NCBI GenBank assembly: GCA_033762295.1
Contig: JANRLW010000079.1
Coordinates: 1 to 38,094 of the forward strand
Length of the DNA: 38,094 nucleotides
Source of the DNA: Capsulimonadales bacterium
Lineage (GTDB): Bacteria > Armatimonadota > Armatimonadia > Armatimonadales > Armatimonadaceae
Direction of reading: 5' to 3'
In this document: piece by piece, positions 28,949 through 38,094 of the stretch
Numbering within the stretch: position 1 is the first letter of the stretch
Layout: each line of letters begins with the position of its first letter
Made by a program: the position numbers and the translations under genes
The notes under the pieces: generated by a model
Seen by the model: only the letters and a program-made list of their open reading frames with translations
Database searches by the model: none
What the model was told of the DNA's origin: nothing

Positions 28949-29662
28949 TCAGCCTCCGAGCGTATTCAGGACCGAGCGCAGATCGCCCCGAACACAGGTA
29001 AAGATCGGCGTATCCCGGACCGTATACCGGCTCGATTCCGTTTCCCGCAGATGCATCACCAGATCCAGGAAATCCGAAGGCCGGTTGGACTCGAACGCGA
29101 CCACCCATTCCTGGTCGTCCAGACCGAAGGAGTAGATCGTGTTCAACTTGATGCTCGGGTACTCGTGGCCGACCTGAATATGTTCACGCATGATCCGCTG
29201 CCGTTCCTCTTTCGGCAGAAGAAACCATTCGCGCGATTTGACGAAGGGGTAGATAAAGAGATATTTATACTCACCCGGACGAATACGGCTCCGCTTCTCC
29301 TCCTGGGACGGGTGGATGAATTCGTCCTCATAGACGCTGGTTTTTGCCTGTCCGAGATAGGAATACGGGGTCGTCAGCCAGTTCCCGAGTCCGGTCGCCA
29401 GCAGGCGACCGCTCATCTCCTGCAACGTTTCCAGATCGTAGGTGACTCGCCAGAGCATGAAATCACAGTCGCCCCGGATGCCTACGAGCGAGAAGGGAAG
29501 GACGATGGATCGTCCCTGGTAGTCGGCGACAACGCGTGCGAACGCATCCTTGCCGGCCGCCCGTTCCGCTTCCGGAAGACGCCGCCAGGCCGGATCGACC
29601 TTGAAGAAGGCGTAGTGAACGAATTGACGGGGCAGGGACGCATTGGGAGAGGGTTCGCTCAT
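28949..29662 (-). CDS. Chlorite dismutase-family heme protein (HemQ/ChdC-like)
   Basis: YPFVKSREWFLLP.EERQRIMREH, SFGLDDQEWVVAFE, LRETESSRYT.RDTPIF. The real start is at MSEPSP, inside the 535-aa track ORF. Confidence 0.85.
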   Translation of the reverse strand: MSEPSPNASLPRQFVHYAFFKVDPAWRRLPEAERAAGKDAFARVVADYQGRSIVLPFSLVGIRGDCDFMLWRVTYDLETLQEMSGRLLATGLGNWLTTPYSYLGQAKTSVYEDEFIHPSQEEKRSRIRPGEYKYLFIYPFVKSREWFLLPKEERQRIMREHIQVGHEYPSIKLNTIYSFGLDDQEWVVAFESNRPSDFLDLVMHLRETESSRYTVRDTPIFTCVRGDLRSVLNTLGG

Positions 29663-29744
29663 AATCTCGTTACCGATCTTTCGGGAGTATTTTACCCGAT
29701 CCTCCGTCGCTTCCCCACACACCGTCCCGGTGCGGCCCCGGGGC

Positions 29745-29774
29745 TTGACAGTGGCGGCGCGTAGCGAATACACT
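29745..29774 (+). promoter_or_regulatory. Sigma-70 promoter TTGACA-N18-TACACT, probably giving a leaderless transcript
   Basis: TTGACA at 29745-29750, TACACT at 29769-29774, ATG at 29780. Confidence 0.75.
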
Positions 29775-29779
29775 GAACT

Positions 29780-30616
29780 ATGAGAAAGACGTACTGGCAA
29801 AGCGGCCTCGCCGTGTGCGCTCTGCTGGCAACCATCGGCGTCGTTCGTCTTGTACTGGCAGGAGAACTCCCAAAAATGTCTCAAAATCTCGGGTATGACG
29901 ATACCCCTTTTCTTCCCTACAGCAAGTATCGGGTCCACGACGGACAGCGTCCACAGCCCGAAGTGGTTACGCCGGCCTATGTTCGCGAGAACGCGTTCGC
30001 GACTCCGCCGTCCGATGCGGTCGTGCTTTTCGATGGCAAGGATCTGTCCCGCTGGCGCAACGGAAACGGTGAGGCGATCGGCTGGAAACTGGTCGATGGC
30101 GAGATGGAAGTCGTGCGCGGCACGGGCGATATTTTCTCCCGCGATGAGTTTGGCGACTGCCAGCTGCACCTGGAATGGCGCGCTCCCGAAGAAGTGCGCG
30201 GCAGCAGCCAGGGACGCAGTAACAGCGGCCTGTTCTTCTTCGGCGTCTATGAGATCCAGATTCTCGACAATTACGACAACCCGACGTATGCCGACGGCAT
30301 CGCCGGTTCGGTCTACGGTCAGTATCCGCCGCTGGTGAACGCCTGCCGCAAGCCCGGCGAATGGCAGTCGTACGATGTGCTGTTCACCGCACCCCGGTTC
30401 AAGGACGGCAAGGTCGAGAAGCCGGCTTACGTGACCGTGATCCATAACGGCGTCGTGGTTCAAAATCATACCGAACTGATCGGCATGACCAACCACCGCG
30501 CGGTCGGCGAGTACAAACCGCATGCCGAGAAGGGGCCGATCAAACTGCAGGATCACGGTGATCCGGTCCGCTTCCGCAACATCTGGGTTCGCCCTCTCAA
30601 GGGACTTCCCGAATAG
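29780..30616 (+). CDS. DUF1080 (3-keto-disaccharide hydrolase-like) secreted protein
   Basis: PPSDAVVLFDGKDL, FGDCQLHLEW, NSG, YEIQILD, GEWQSYD, LQDHGDPVRFRNIW. Confidence 0.9.
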   Translation: MRKTYWQSGLAVCALLATIGVVRLVLAGELPKMSQNLGYDDTPFLPYSKYRVHDGQRPQPEVVTPAYVRENAFATPPSDAVVLFDGKDLSRWRNGNGEAIGWKLVDGEMEVVRGTGDIFSRDEFGDCQLHLEWRAPEEVRGSSQGRSNSGLFFFGVYEIQILDNYDNPTYADGIAGSVYGQYPPLVNACRKPGEWQSYDVLFTAPRFKDGKVEKPAYVTVIHNGVVVQNHTELIGMTNHRAVGEYKPHAEKGPIKLQDHGDPVRFRNIWVRPLKGLPE

Positions 30617-30632
30617 TCGGTCCCGCTCCGTC

Positions 30633-30657
30633 AGGAGGCTGCCCGGCAGCCTCCTTT
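30633..30657 (+). terminator. Intrinsic terminator
   Basis: AGGAGGCTGC-ccg-GCAGCCTCCT followed by TT. Confidence 0.7.
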
Positions 30658-30693
30658 ATCGTCTTCGCCCGAATGGACGATAAGGGGAGTGTC

Positions 30694-31449
30694 ATGAGAA
30701 CGATCCGCGAAACCGAAACGATCCGACCCCTCGACCTCTCCCGTTACCGGCATCTCTTTCTCCTCACCGGAGCCGGAATTTCGGCGGCGTCCGGCCTATC
30801 CACCTACCGAGGTCCCGGCGGGCTGTGGACGCAGAATGATGTCGCCCGGATCGCCGACGCCCGGAACCTGCCCGACTCCCTGCCCGATCTCTGGCGACTC
30901 TATCGAGGGCGGCGAGAACAGGCTCTCCGCGCCGAACCGAACGCCGCGCACCATGCGATCGCAACCCTGCAGCGGAACGCGTCATCCGGGCAGACCGTCA
31001 CCCTCGTCACCCAGAATGTCGACGGACTCCACGGACGCGCCGGAACCCCGCAGGTCGTGGAAATGCATGGATCGGCGTTCCGCTCCCGTTGCCGGGATCC
31101 TCGCTGTCCGACCGTACCGTTTCCCGATACGAACCTCTACGACGAAACGCCGCGCTGTTCCGTGTGTGGCGGCTACCTGCGTCCGGACGTCGTGCTGTTC
31201 AACGAGAGTATCCCCCGTGAAATCCTCGGGACGATTCTGCGCGCACTGGCGAGTTGCGACCTGTTCCTTGCCGTGGGAACGTCGGGGGTCGTCGCGCCGG
31301 CCGCCGAGTTCGTTCGGGGAGCCGCGTCCATCGGCGCTCGGACGATCAATGTCAACGTTGAACCGTCCGGTAACCCGGCGTTCGGCGAGGAGTATGTCGG
31401 TCCTGCGGAGGTGGTTCTGCCGCGCCTGTTCGGGATCGTTACGTCCTGA
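30694..31449 (+). CDS. cobB: NAD-dependent protein deacylase (sirtuin, CobB-like)
   Basis: LTGAGISAASG, PNAAH, TQNVDGLH, HGS, Cys zinc motifs, RPDVVLF.E, VGTSGVV.PA. Confidence 0.9.
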   Translation: MRTIRETETIRPLDLSRYRHLFLLTGAGISAASGLSTYRGPGGLWTQNDVARIADARNLPDSLPDLWRLYRGRREQALRAEPNAAHHAIATLQRNASSGQTVTLVTQNVDGLHGRAGTPQVVEMHGSAFRSRCRDPRCPTVPFPDTNLYDETPRCSVCGGYLRPDVVLFNESIPREILGTILRALASCDLFLAVGTSGVVAPAAEFVRGAASIGARTINVNVEPSGNPAFGEEYVGPAEVVLPRLFGIVTS

Positions 31450-32104
31450 TACCGGAGTTCGTCTCGGAGTTCGTCTCGGAGTTCGTCTCGGAAGGCGAAG
31501 GCATCCACCGCTCCCAGAGGGCGCGAACCTGTGCGCGTGTCTCCTCGAGAGGAAGATCGGTGCGAACGACGTGATGGGCGCGACGCGCCTTCTCGGCGGC
31601 GGGTAATTGTGCGGCCAGCCGTTCGGCAAGGGCGTCAGGCGTCAGCGGGGGACGACCGGCCGCCGCTTCCCGCGCCTGAAGACGCTCCGCCTGCACCTCG
31701 GGGGAGGCCAGGGTCGCCACGATTTCGTCAAACAGGGCCTCGCGCCGCTTTTCGAACAGGAGCGGCACCTCGTAGACCAGAACGCCCCGACCGCTCGAAC
31801 GCGCTTCGGCGACCGCCGCCGTCATCCGCGCAAAGATAGCCGGGTGCATGATCTTCTCCAGTCGGTCTCGTTCCGCCGGGTCGGCGAAGATGCGTCCTGC
31901 AAGCGCGGCGCGGTCCGGTGTTCCGTCCTCGGCCCGGCAGTCGGGAAAGGCGTCCAGAACCTCGCGGAGGGTAGGGGAGTCCGGGGCAAGCACGGCGCGT
32001 GCGTCCTCGTCCGCGGAACGGATGTGCGCGCCGAGTTCTGCGAAGAAGCGAGCTACCGTGCTTTTCCCGGAGGCGATGCCGCCGGTCAGGCCAACGATTC
32101 GCAT
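31439..32104 (-). CDS. coaE: Dephospho-CoA kinase
   Basis: MRIVGLTGGIASGKSTV, DRAALA..IF, LE.IMHP, EVPLLFE; follows rpsA. Confidence 0.93.
   Translation of the reverse strand: MRIVGLTGGIASGKSTVARFFAELGAHIRSADEDARAVLAPDSPTLREVLDAFPDCRAEDGTPDRAALAGRIFADPAERDRLEKIMHPAIFARMTAAVAEARSSGRGVLVYEVPLLFEKRREALFDEIVATLASPEVQAERLQAREAAAGRPPLTPDALAERLAAQLPAAEKARRAHHVVRTDLPLEETRAQVRALWERWMPSPSETNSETNSETNSGIRT
31453..31492. repeat. 12-bp tandem repeat (CGGAGTTCGTCT x3.3) encoding SETN repeats at the CoaE C-terminus
   Basis: Read directly from the sequence. Confidence 0.9.
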
Positions 32105-32164
32105 AGGTGTTTCAAAAAAGCGAACGCCCCGACGCAAAAGCGTCGGGGCGCATCCATCCGGGGT

Positions 32165-33769
32165 CTACTCCTGGGGTTCTTCGCCGTCGCCCTCAGTGAC
32201 TTCGGCATCGAAATCGATGTTATCGAGATCCTCGTCTTCGTCCTCGTTGCGTCGACGTCGGCCGCCTCCGGTGCGTTTGCCACCCTTGGCGGCGGCGGCG
32301 CCGCCGCGATCGGTGAACATATCGCCGAGAATATCGCCGATGGTGAAACCGCTGCCGGCGTCGCGGTTCCCGATGTACTGTCGGAAGTCGCCGCCTTCCT
32401 CGTCTCCGTCGCGCCGACCGCGATCCCGTTTGCTGCGCCGGGGGGCGGTGGTGCCGGCCGGAGCCTGACCTTCCTCGCCGGGAGCGGGCGGTGTAGCCGG
32501 CCCGCGTCCGCCACCTCGGTAGTCATCGCCGGCTTCGCGGGGCTGTAGCGCCTTGAGGGAGAGGGTCAGCCGACGCTCCTCCGGGCGGATATCGATGACC
32601 TTGATCTGGACCATCTGTCCCTGTTCCACGACATCGCCGGGTTTGGCGATCCGTTTGTAGGACAGTTCGCTGTTCGGGATGATGCCCTCGATGCCGCCTT
32701 CCAGCAGGACAAACGCGCCGAACGGCACCAGTCGGGTGACTTCCCCCTCGACCGTATCGCCGACGGAGAACTTGGACGCCGCTTCCTCCCACGGGTCGGG
32801 CAGGATCTGGCGCATACCCAGACTGACCCGGCCCTGATCGAGGTTGAGCTTCAGGATCATGACCTGCACCTGATCGCCGACCTTAACCACGTCGGACGGG
32901 TGCTTGACGCGGGTCCAGCGCATCTCGGAGACGTGAAGCAGGCCGTCGATTCCGCCCAGGTCGACGAACGCGCCGTAGTCCGTGACGCGTCGAACGGTCC
33001 CGGTTCGAACCTGGCCTTCGGCCAGACTGTTGATCGTCGTCTGCTTCTCCATCTCGCGCTCCTCTTCGGTCGCGAGTTTATGGGAAAGGACGACCTTGCG
33101 GTTCTGGCGGTCGACTTCCAGAACTTTGAGCGGGACGGTCTGTCCGACGAACTTGTCCAAATTCTTCAGCTTGCCGTTGCCGACATGGGAGGCGGGGACG
33201 AATCCGCGGATTCCGAGGTCGACCACCAGGCCGCCCTTGACCCGATCGTTGACGAATCCCTGAATGGTCCGGCGATCGCCGAGCGCTTCCTGTACCCGGT
33301 CCCAGGCGCGTTCGAAATCGGCGCGCTTTTTGGAGAGAAGGAGGTTGCCGTCGCGTCCTTCCGGTTCCAGTACCAGAACATCGATCTGGTCGCCGACCTT
33401 GACGACATCCTCGATATTGGTAATGGGTTCGCGGGAGAGCTCGTTGGGGCGGATCAACCCCTCGCTCTTCATCCCGACATCGACGAGGACACCTTCCTGA
33501 TCGATGTGTACGACTGTCCCTTTAACGACCTGACCTGTTCGAAGTTCGCTGTCATCGCTCTTTCGACTGCCGCGCCCGCTGCGCCGGGGTTCGGGCTCGC
33601 CGCCGGGAACCTCGATCTCGTCGAGGGGAGGCATCTGTTGCATAGCCAGCGCCATCTCGTCCGGTTCGGACGAGGCGGACCCGTTGGCCTGCACGGTCTG
33701 GTCAGGGGCGGTGGCCATCGCGGTGTCATTTTCCGCGTTCGAAACCACGCCGGTCGTTTCCTCGGACAT
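32165..33769 (-). CDS. rpsA: 30S ribosomal protein S1 (four S1 domains, long acidic/disordered termini)
   Basis: VDVGMKSEG, VKGGLVVDLGIRGFVPAS, YGAFVDLGGIDGLLHVSE, FGAFV.LEGGIEGIIPNSE; TAAGGAG upstream of the ATG at 33769. Confidence 0.95.
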   Translation of the reverse strand: MSEETTGVVSNAENDTAMATAPDQTVQANGSASSEPDEMALAMQQMPPLDEIEVPGGEPEPRRSGRGSRKSDDSELRTGQVVKGTVVHIDQEGVLVDVGMKSEGLIRPNELSREPITNIEDVVKVGDQIDVLVLEPEGRDGNLLLSKKRADFERAWDRVQEALGDRRTIQGFVNDRVKGGLVVDLGIRGFVPASHVGNGKLKNLDKFVGQTVPLKVLEVDRQNRKVVLSHKLATEEEREMEKQTTINSLAEGQVRTGTVRRVTDYGAFVDLGGIDGLLHVSEMRWTRVKHPSDVVKVGDQVQVMILKLNLDQGRVSLGMRQILPDPWEEAASKFSVGDTVEGEVTRLVPFGAFVLLEGGIEGIIPNSELSYKRIAKPGDVVEQGQMVQIKVIDIRPEERRLTLSLKALQPREAGDDYRGGGRGPATPPAPGEEGQAPAGTTAPRRSKRDRGRRDGDEEGGDFRQYIGNRDAGSGFTIGDILGDMFTDRGGAAAAKGGKRTGGGRRRRNEDEDEDLDNIDFDAEVTEGDGEEPQE

Positions 33770-33846
33770 AGGTAAAAATTGCTCCTTAAAGCAGAGCCAG
33801 CATCTGGCCCATTCAACAACGAATCCGGAGTTCTCCGGGTAAAAGT

Positions 33847-34767
33847 TCAACCAACCATTTCCGAAAACGGTTGGCAGCGGGAACAGTATACCGTACCTCG
33901 ACCGCCAAGGCGAATCCGTGTCAATTTTGTTCCGCAAACTCCGCAAGGTTGCCCGCCACGGTCATATACGCGCGGCGAGTACCGGCCCGGTTTTCCGGCC
34001 AGATCCGTATACTCGTCGGACAGGGTTCCGCCTCCGTTCACCGCTTCCGTCAAGACGGTTCGAATCGCCTCGGCCAACCGTTCGGTTTCCGTTTCGGTCA
34101 GCGACCGGGCAGGACGTTCGGGATGGATCCCCGCACGGTGGAGGGATTCGTCGGCATAAATGTTTCCGACCCCCGCCACCGTCCTCTGATCCAGCAGAAC
34201 CGATTTCACCGCTCCGCTCCGTTTCGCAAGGCGCCGTCGCAACTCCGCGCCGGACCAGTCCTTCGACAGCGGTTCCGGCCCCATACCTGCCAGACCGGCC
34301 ACCCCGGCCAGTTCCTCCGCCGTCAGCGCTCGGATCTCCCCCCAGGTCCACATATCGTGGAACCGCAAATCCCGGCCATCGTCCAGCCGAATGCGGACGC
34401 AATGATAAGGAGCGAGCCCGGTTTCCGCCGGCAGCAGAAGGAGTTGACCACGCATTTTCAGGTGAATACACAGAAAAAGGGGAGAAGCCAGGGGGAGATC
34501 ATGATGCTGGCGGTCATCACGGACGCTGGTTTTTCCGTTCTCACTTAAGTTGGCACGCGGGTCCGCATCACCAAGCAAGAGGAGAAGATACTTTCCGCGC
34601 CGGTCTATCTGCTGAATCCACCTGCCGACGATTCTTTCACGAAACGCGGCTTCCGTTTGCTCCTTCAGTACCTTCGCGTTCGCGACCACCGTTCCGAGAA
34701 TGCGACGCCCGGTGACTTCGATCTCTAACCCTCGCCGCAGCGTCTCTACTTCCGGTAGTTCCGGCAC
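33847..34767 (-). CDS. mutM: Formamidopyrimidine-DNA glycosylase
   Basis: GTG start giving PELPEVET, RRGKYL, H2TH LLDQ..VAGVGNIYADE, C-terminal zinc finger CGVC...CSRCQ. Confidence 0.95.
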   Translation of the reverse strand: MPELPEVETLRRGLEIEVTGRRILGTVVANAKVLKEQTEAAFRERIVGRWIQQIDRRGKYLLLLLGDADPRANLSENGKTSVRDDRQHHDLPLASPLFLCIHLKMRGQLLLLPAETGLAPYHCVRIRLDDGRDLRFHDMWTWGEIRALTAEELAGVAGLAGMGPEPLSKDWSGAELRRRLAKRSGAVKSVLLDQRTVAGVGNIYADESLHRAGIHPERPARSLTETETERLAEAIRTVLTEAVNGGGTLSDEYTDLAGKPGRYSPRVYDRGGQPCGVCGTKLTRIRLGGRGTVYCSRCQPFSEMVG

Positions 34768-34947
34768 GATCTGGCGACCTCGTCTCAAGGGGAGGAGCGG
34801 CAAGAAACACGTTCCCCACCAAAACGGCGATATTGTACCGTACCCCGTATAACCAGTCAAGACCCGAAGAAAAATCTGCCAGGAAAATACGGCGACCGCC
34901 CACGGTTTGTTTCACCGGTCGGGTCGCGACACCGACAATCAACCGAC

Positions 34948-34976
34948 AAAAAAAGGGCCGGACAGTTGTCCGGCCC
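34948..34976 (-). terminator. Intrinsic terminator after the GlsB-family gene
   Basis: GGGCCGGACA..TGTCCGGCCC hairpin with a T7 tract on the minus strand. Confidence 0.85.
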
Positions 34977-35020
34977 GAGTTCCCTTGTCCCGTGTTATAC
35001 TCGCTCGTCCGAAAACGCCG

Positions 35021-35284
35021 TTACCGGGCCACCGGGCGGCGGCTGAAGGCGCGAAGGATCGCGATCACAAGAATCGCGCCGACCGTCGCCATCAGGACTT
35101 CGCCGATGAAGTTGCCCGAACCGATTCCGAACAGGTTGCCGACGAAGCCGCCGACAAACGCGCCGACAATCCCGAGAACGATCGTCATGATCCAACCGGA
35201 CGGCTCATTCGACGCGCCCGGCATGATCGCCTTCGCCAGAATACCCGCAATCAACCCGACCAGCAGGAAGATCAAAAAGCTCAT
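35021..35284 (-). CDS. GlsB/YeaQ/YmgE family (transglycosylase-associated) membrane protein
   Basis: LLVGLIAGILAKAIMPG...TIVLGIVGAFVGG...ATVGAILV. Confidence 0.9.
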   Translation of the reverse strand: MSFLIFLLVGLIAGILAKAIMPGASNEPSGWIMTIVLGIVGAFVGGFVGNLFGIGSGNFIGEVLMATVGAILVIAILRAFSRRPVAR

Positions 35285-35393
35285 TTCCGTGTCCCTTTCT
35301 CCTTACCGTTCCTGATTACGCCTCCTTGCATCCCGCAGTACAGCGTATTGACGTTCACAAGTCGTCAGGGAAAGCCGAAATGGTTCCCGGTTT

Positions 35394-37521
<2,128 letters not shown>

Positions 37522-37681
37522 AACTGTGTCTCTCTTTCGAGTTAAGCGCTCAGGCTGCGTTCTCATTTTTCGAATTCTGTCACCTGGCCCCCGGAAATGT
37601 CAACGACTATCTGCCTGTGGCCGGAAAAGGACGGAAGGTGACGACGGAGACGGCTCCGATCGATTCCGAACGCTCGTTCGA

Positions 37682-38092
37682 TTAACGTTCGTTCGGAACG
37701 AATTCGTACACTGTTATTTCGGCGTTTTCGTAGAGAACCTTCAGGTAGGACGGAGCGGACGAACCGCGCCAATTTTCGGGGAGGTAAGGGGCGGCGGGGT
37801 CCGGAACCGGTGCGCCGTTCGGGTAGGGAGGAATGCCCTCGGCCAGAGCATTGGGGTAAAGGATGTACCGGATGTCGTGGTCGCGCAGGAGGGATTCGCG
37901 GAATGTGTCGTCGGTCCCCTGCCGGAAGAAGTCGTTCGCCCGGTTCCATTTACGAACGAAGTCGGCCGTCTCGCTCCAGTGGCCGTTGTAAACCGGGTGT
38001 CCGGTCCACCCCGGAATGAAAACCGACAGATACGGCTTGAGCGGAAAGCCGGGGAAACGAAGATGAGAGGTCGGGTCGGGCGCGACGAGGAC
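37682..38092 (-). CDS. C-terminal end of a gene entering from the right edge; resembles the extracytoplasmic tail of GT-C-like membrane proteins
   Basis: Hand translation, open for 136 codons to TAA: ...FIPGWTGHPVYNGHWSETADF...LLRDHDIRYILY...LKVLYENAEITVYEF; host-like codon usage. The family assignment is tentative. Confidence 0.6.
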   Translation of the reverse strand, partial: VLVAPDPTSHLRFPGFPLKPYLSVFIPGWTGHPVYNGHWSETADFVRKWNRANDFFRQGTDDTFRESLLRDHDIRYILYPNALAEGIPPYPNGAPVPDPAAPYLPENWRGSSAPSYLKVLYENAEITVYEFVPNER

Positions 38093-38094
38093 CC

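Noticed and set aside
29663..30556. N-terminal extension of the Cld-family ORF (535 aa in the track)
   Set aside because: It is largely the antisense of the DUF1080 gene; the family sequence begins at ATG 29662.
31453..31492. CRISPR-like repeat array
   Set aside because: Contiguous 12-bp tandem units with no spacers and no cas genes; the same applies to the duplications at 6966 and 7944.

Overview
Mostly high-GC bacterial chromosome. It is most likely Armatimonadota, inferred from the tandem '[32 protein letters not shown]' / H-X9-DG (DUF1559-type) prepilin-like paralogues. Bases 1-~4600 are a more AT-rich, foreign-looking island. It carries a SMEK-domain gene running off the left edge, a protein with an AP2-like segment, a stand-alone minimal family-A-polymerase-like gene, and two convergent genes broken at one junction (one is a type III-like DNA methyltransferase). 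Its right edge appears to lie inside the 5' end of a host MFS transporter gene, whose first codons look recoded. The rest is core genome: MFS-DUF2993, ileS-lspA-lgt-RluA family-DUF951, a GAF histidine kinase, dnaG-rpoD, a duplicated array of four DUF1559 genes each paired with a small partner, ftsH, HemQ/Cld-like-ferredoxin-MoaD/NIL, DUF1080, a sirtuin, mutM-rpsA-coaE, GlsB family, tgt and a TPR protein. The most interesting observations are: (1) an unannotated Ile-codon leader peptide with a coupled 16-bp helix upstream of ileS, a candidate ribosome-mediated attenuator with no T-box visible; (2) the minimal PolA-like mobile module; (3) the apparent 5'-replacement of the MFS target gene; (4) mosaic, gene-conversion-like identity blocks among the prepilin-like paralogues; (5) leaderless genes and a shared GTACGGTACAATA promoter motif. 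All family calls come from motif recognition by eye; no database searches were run.
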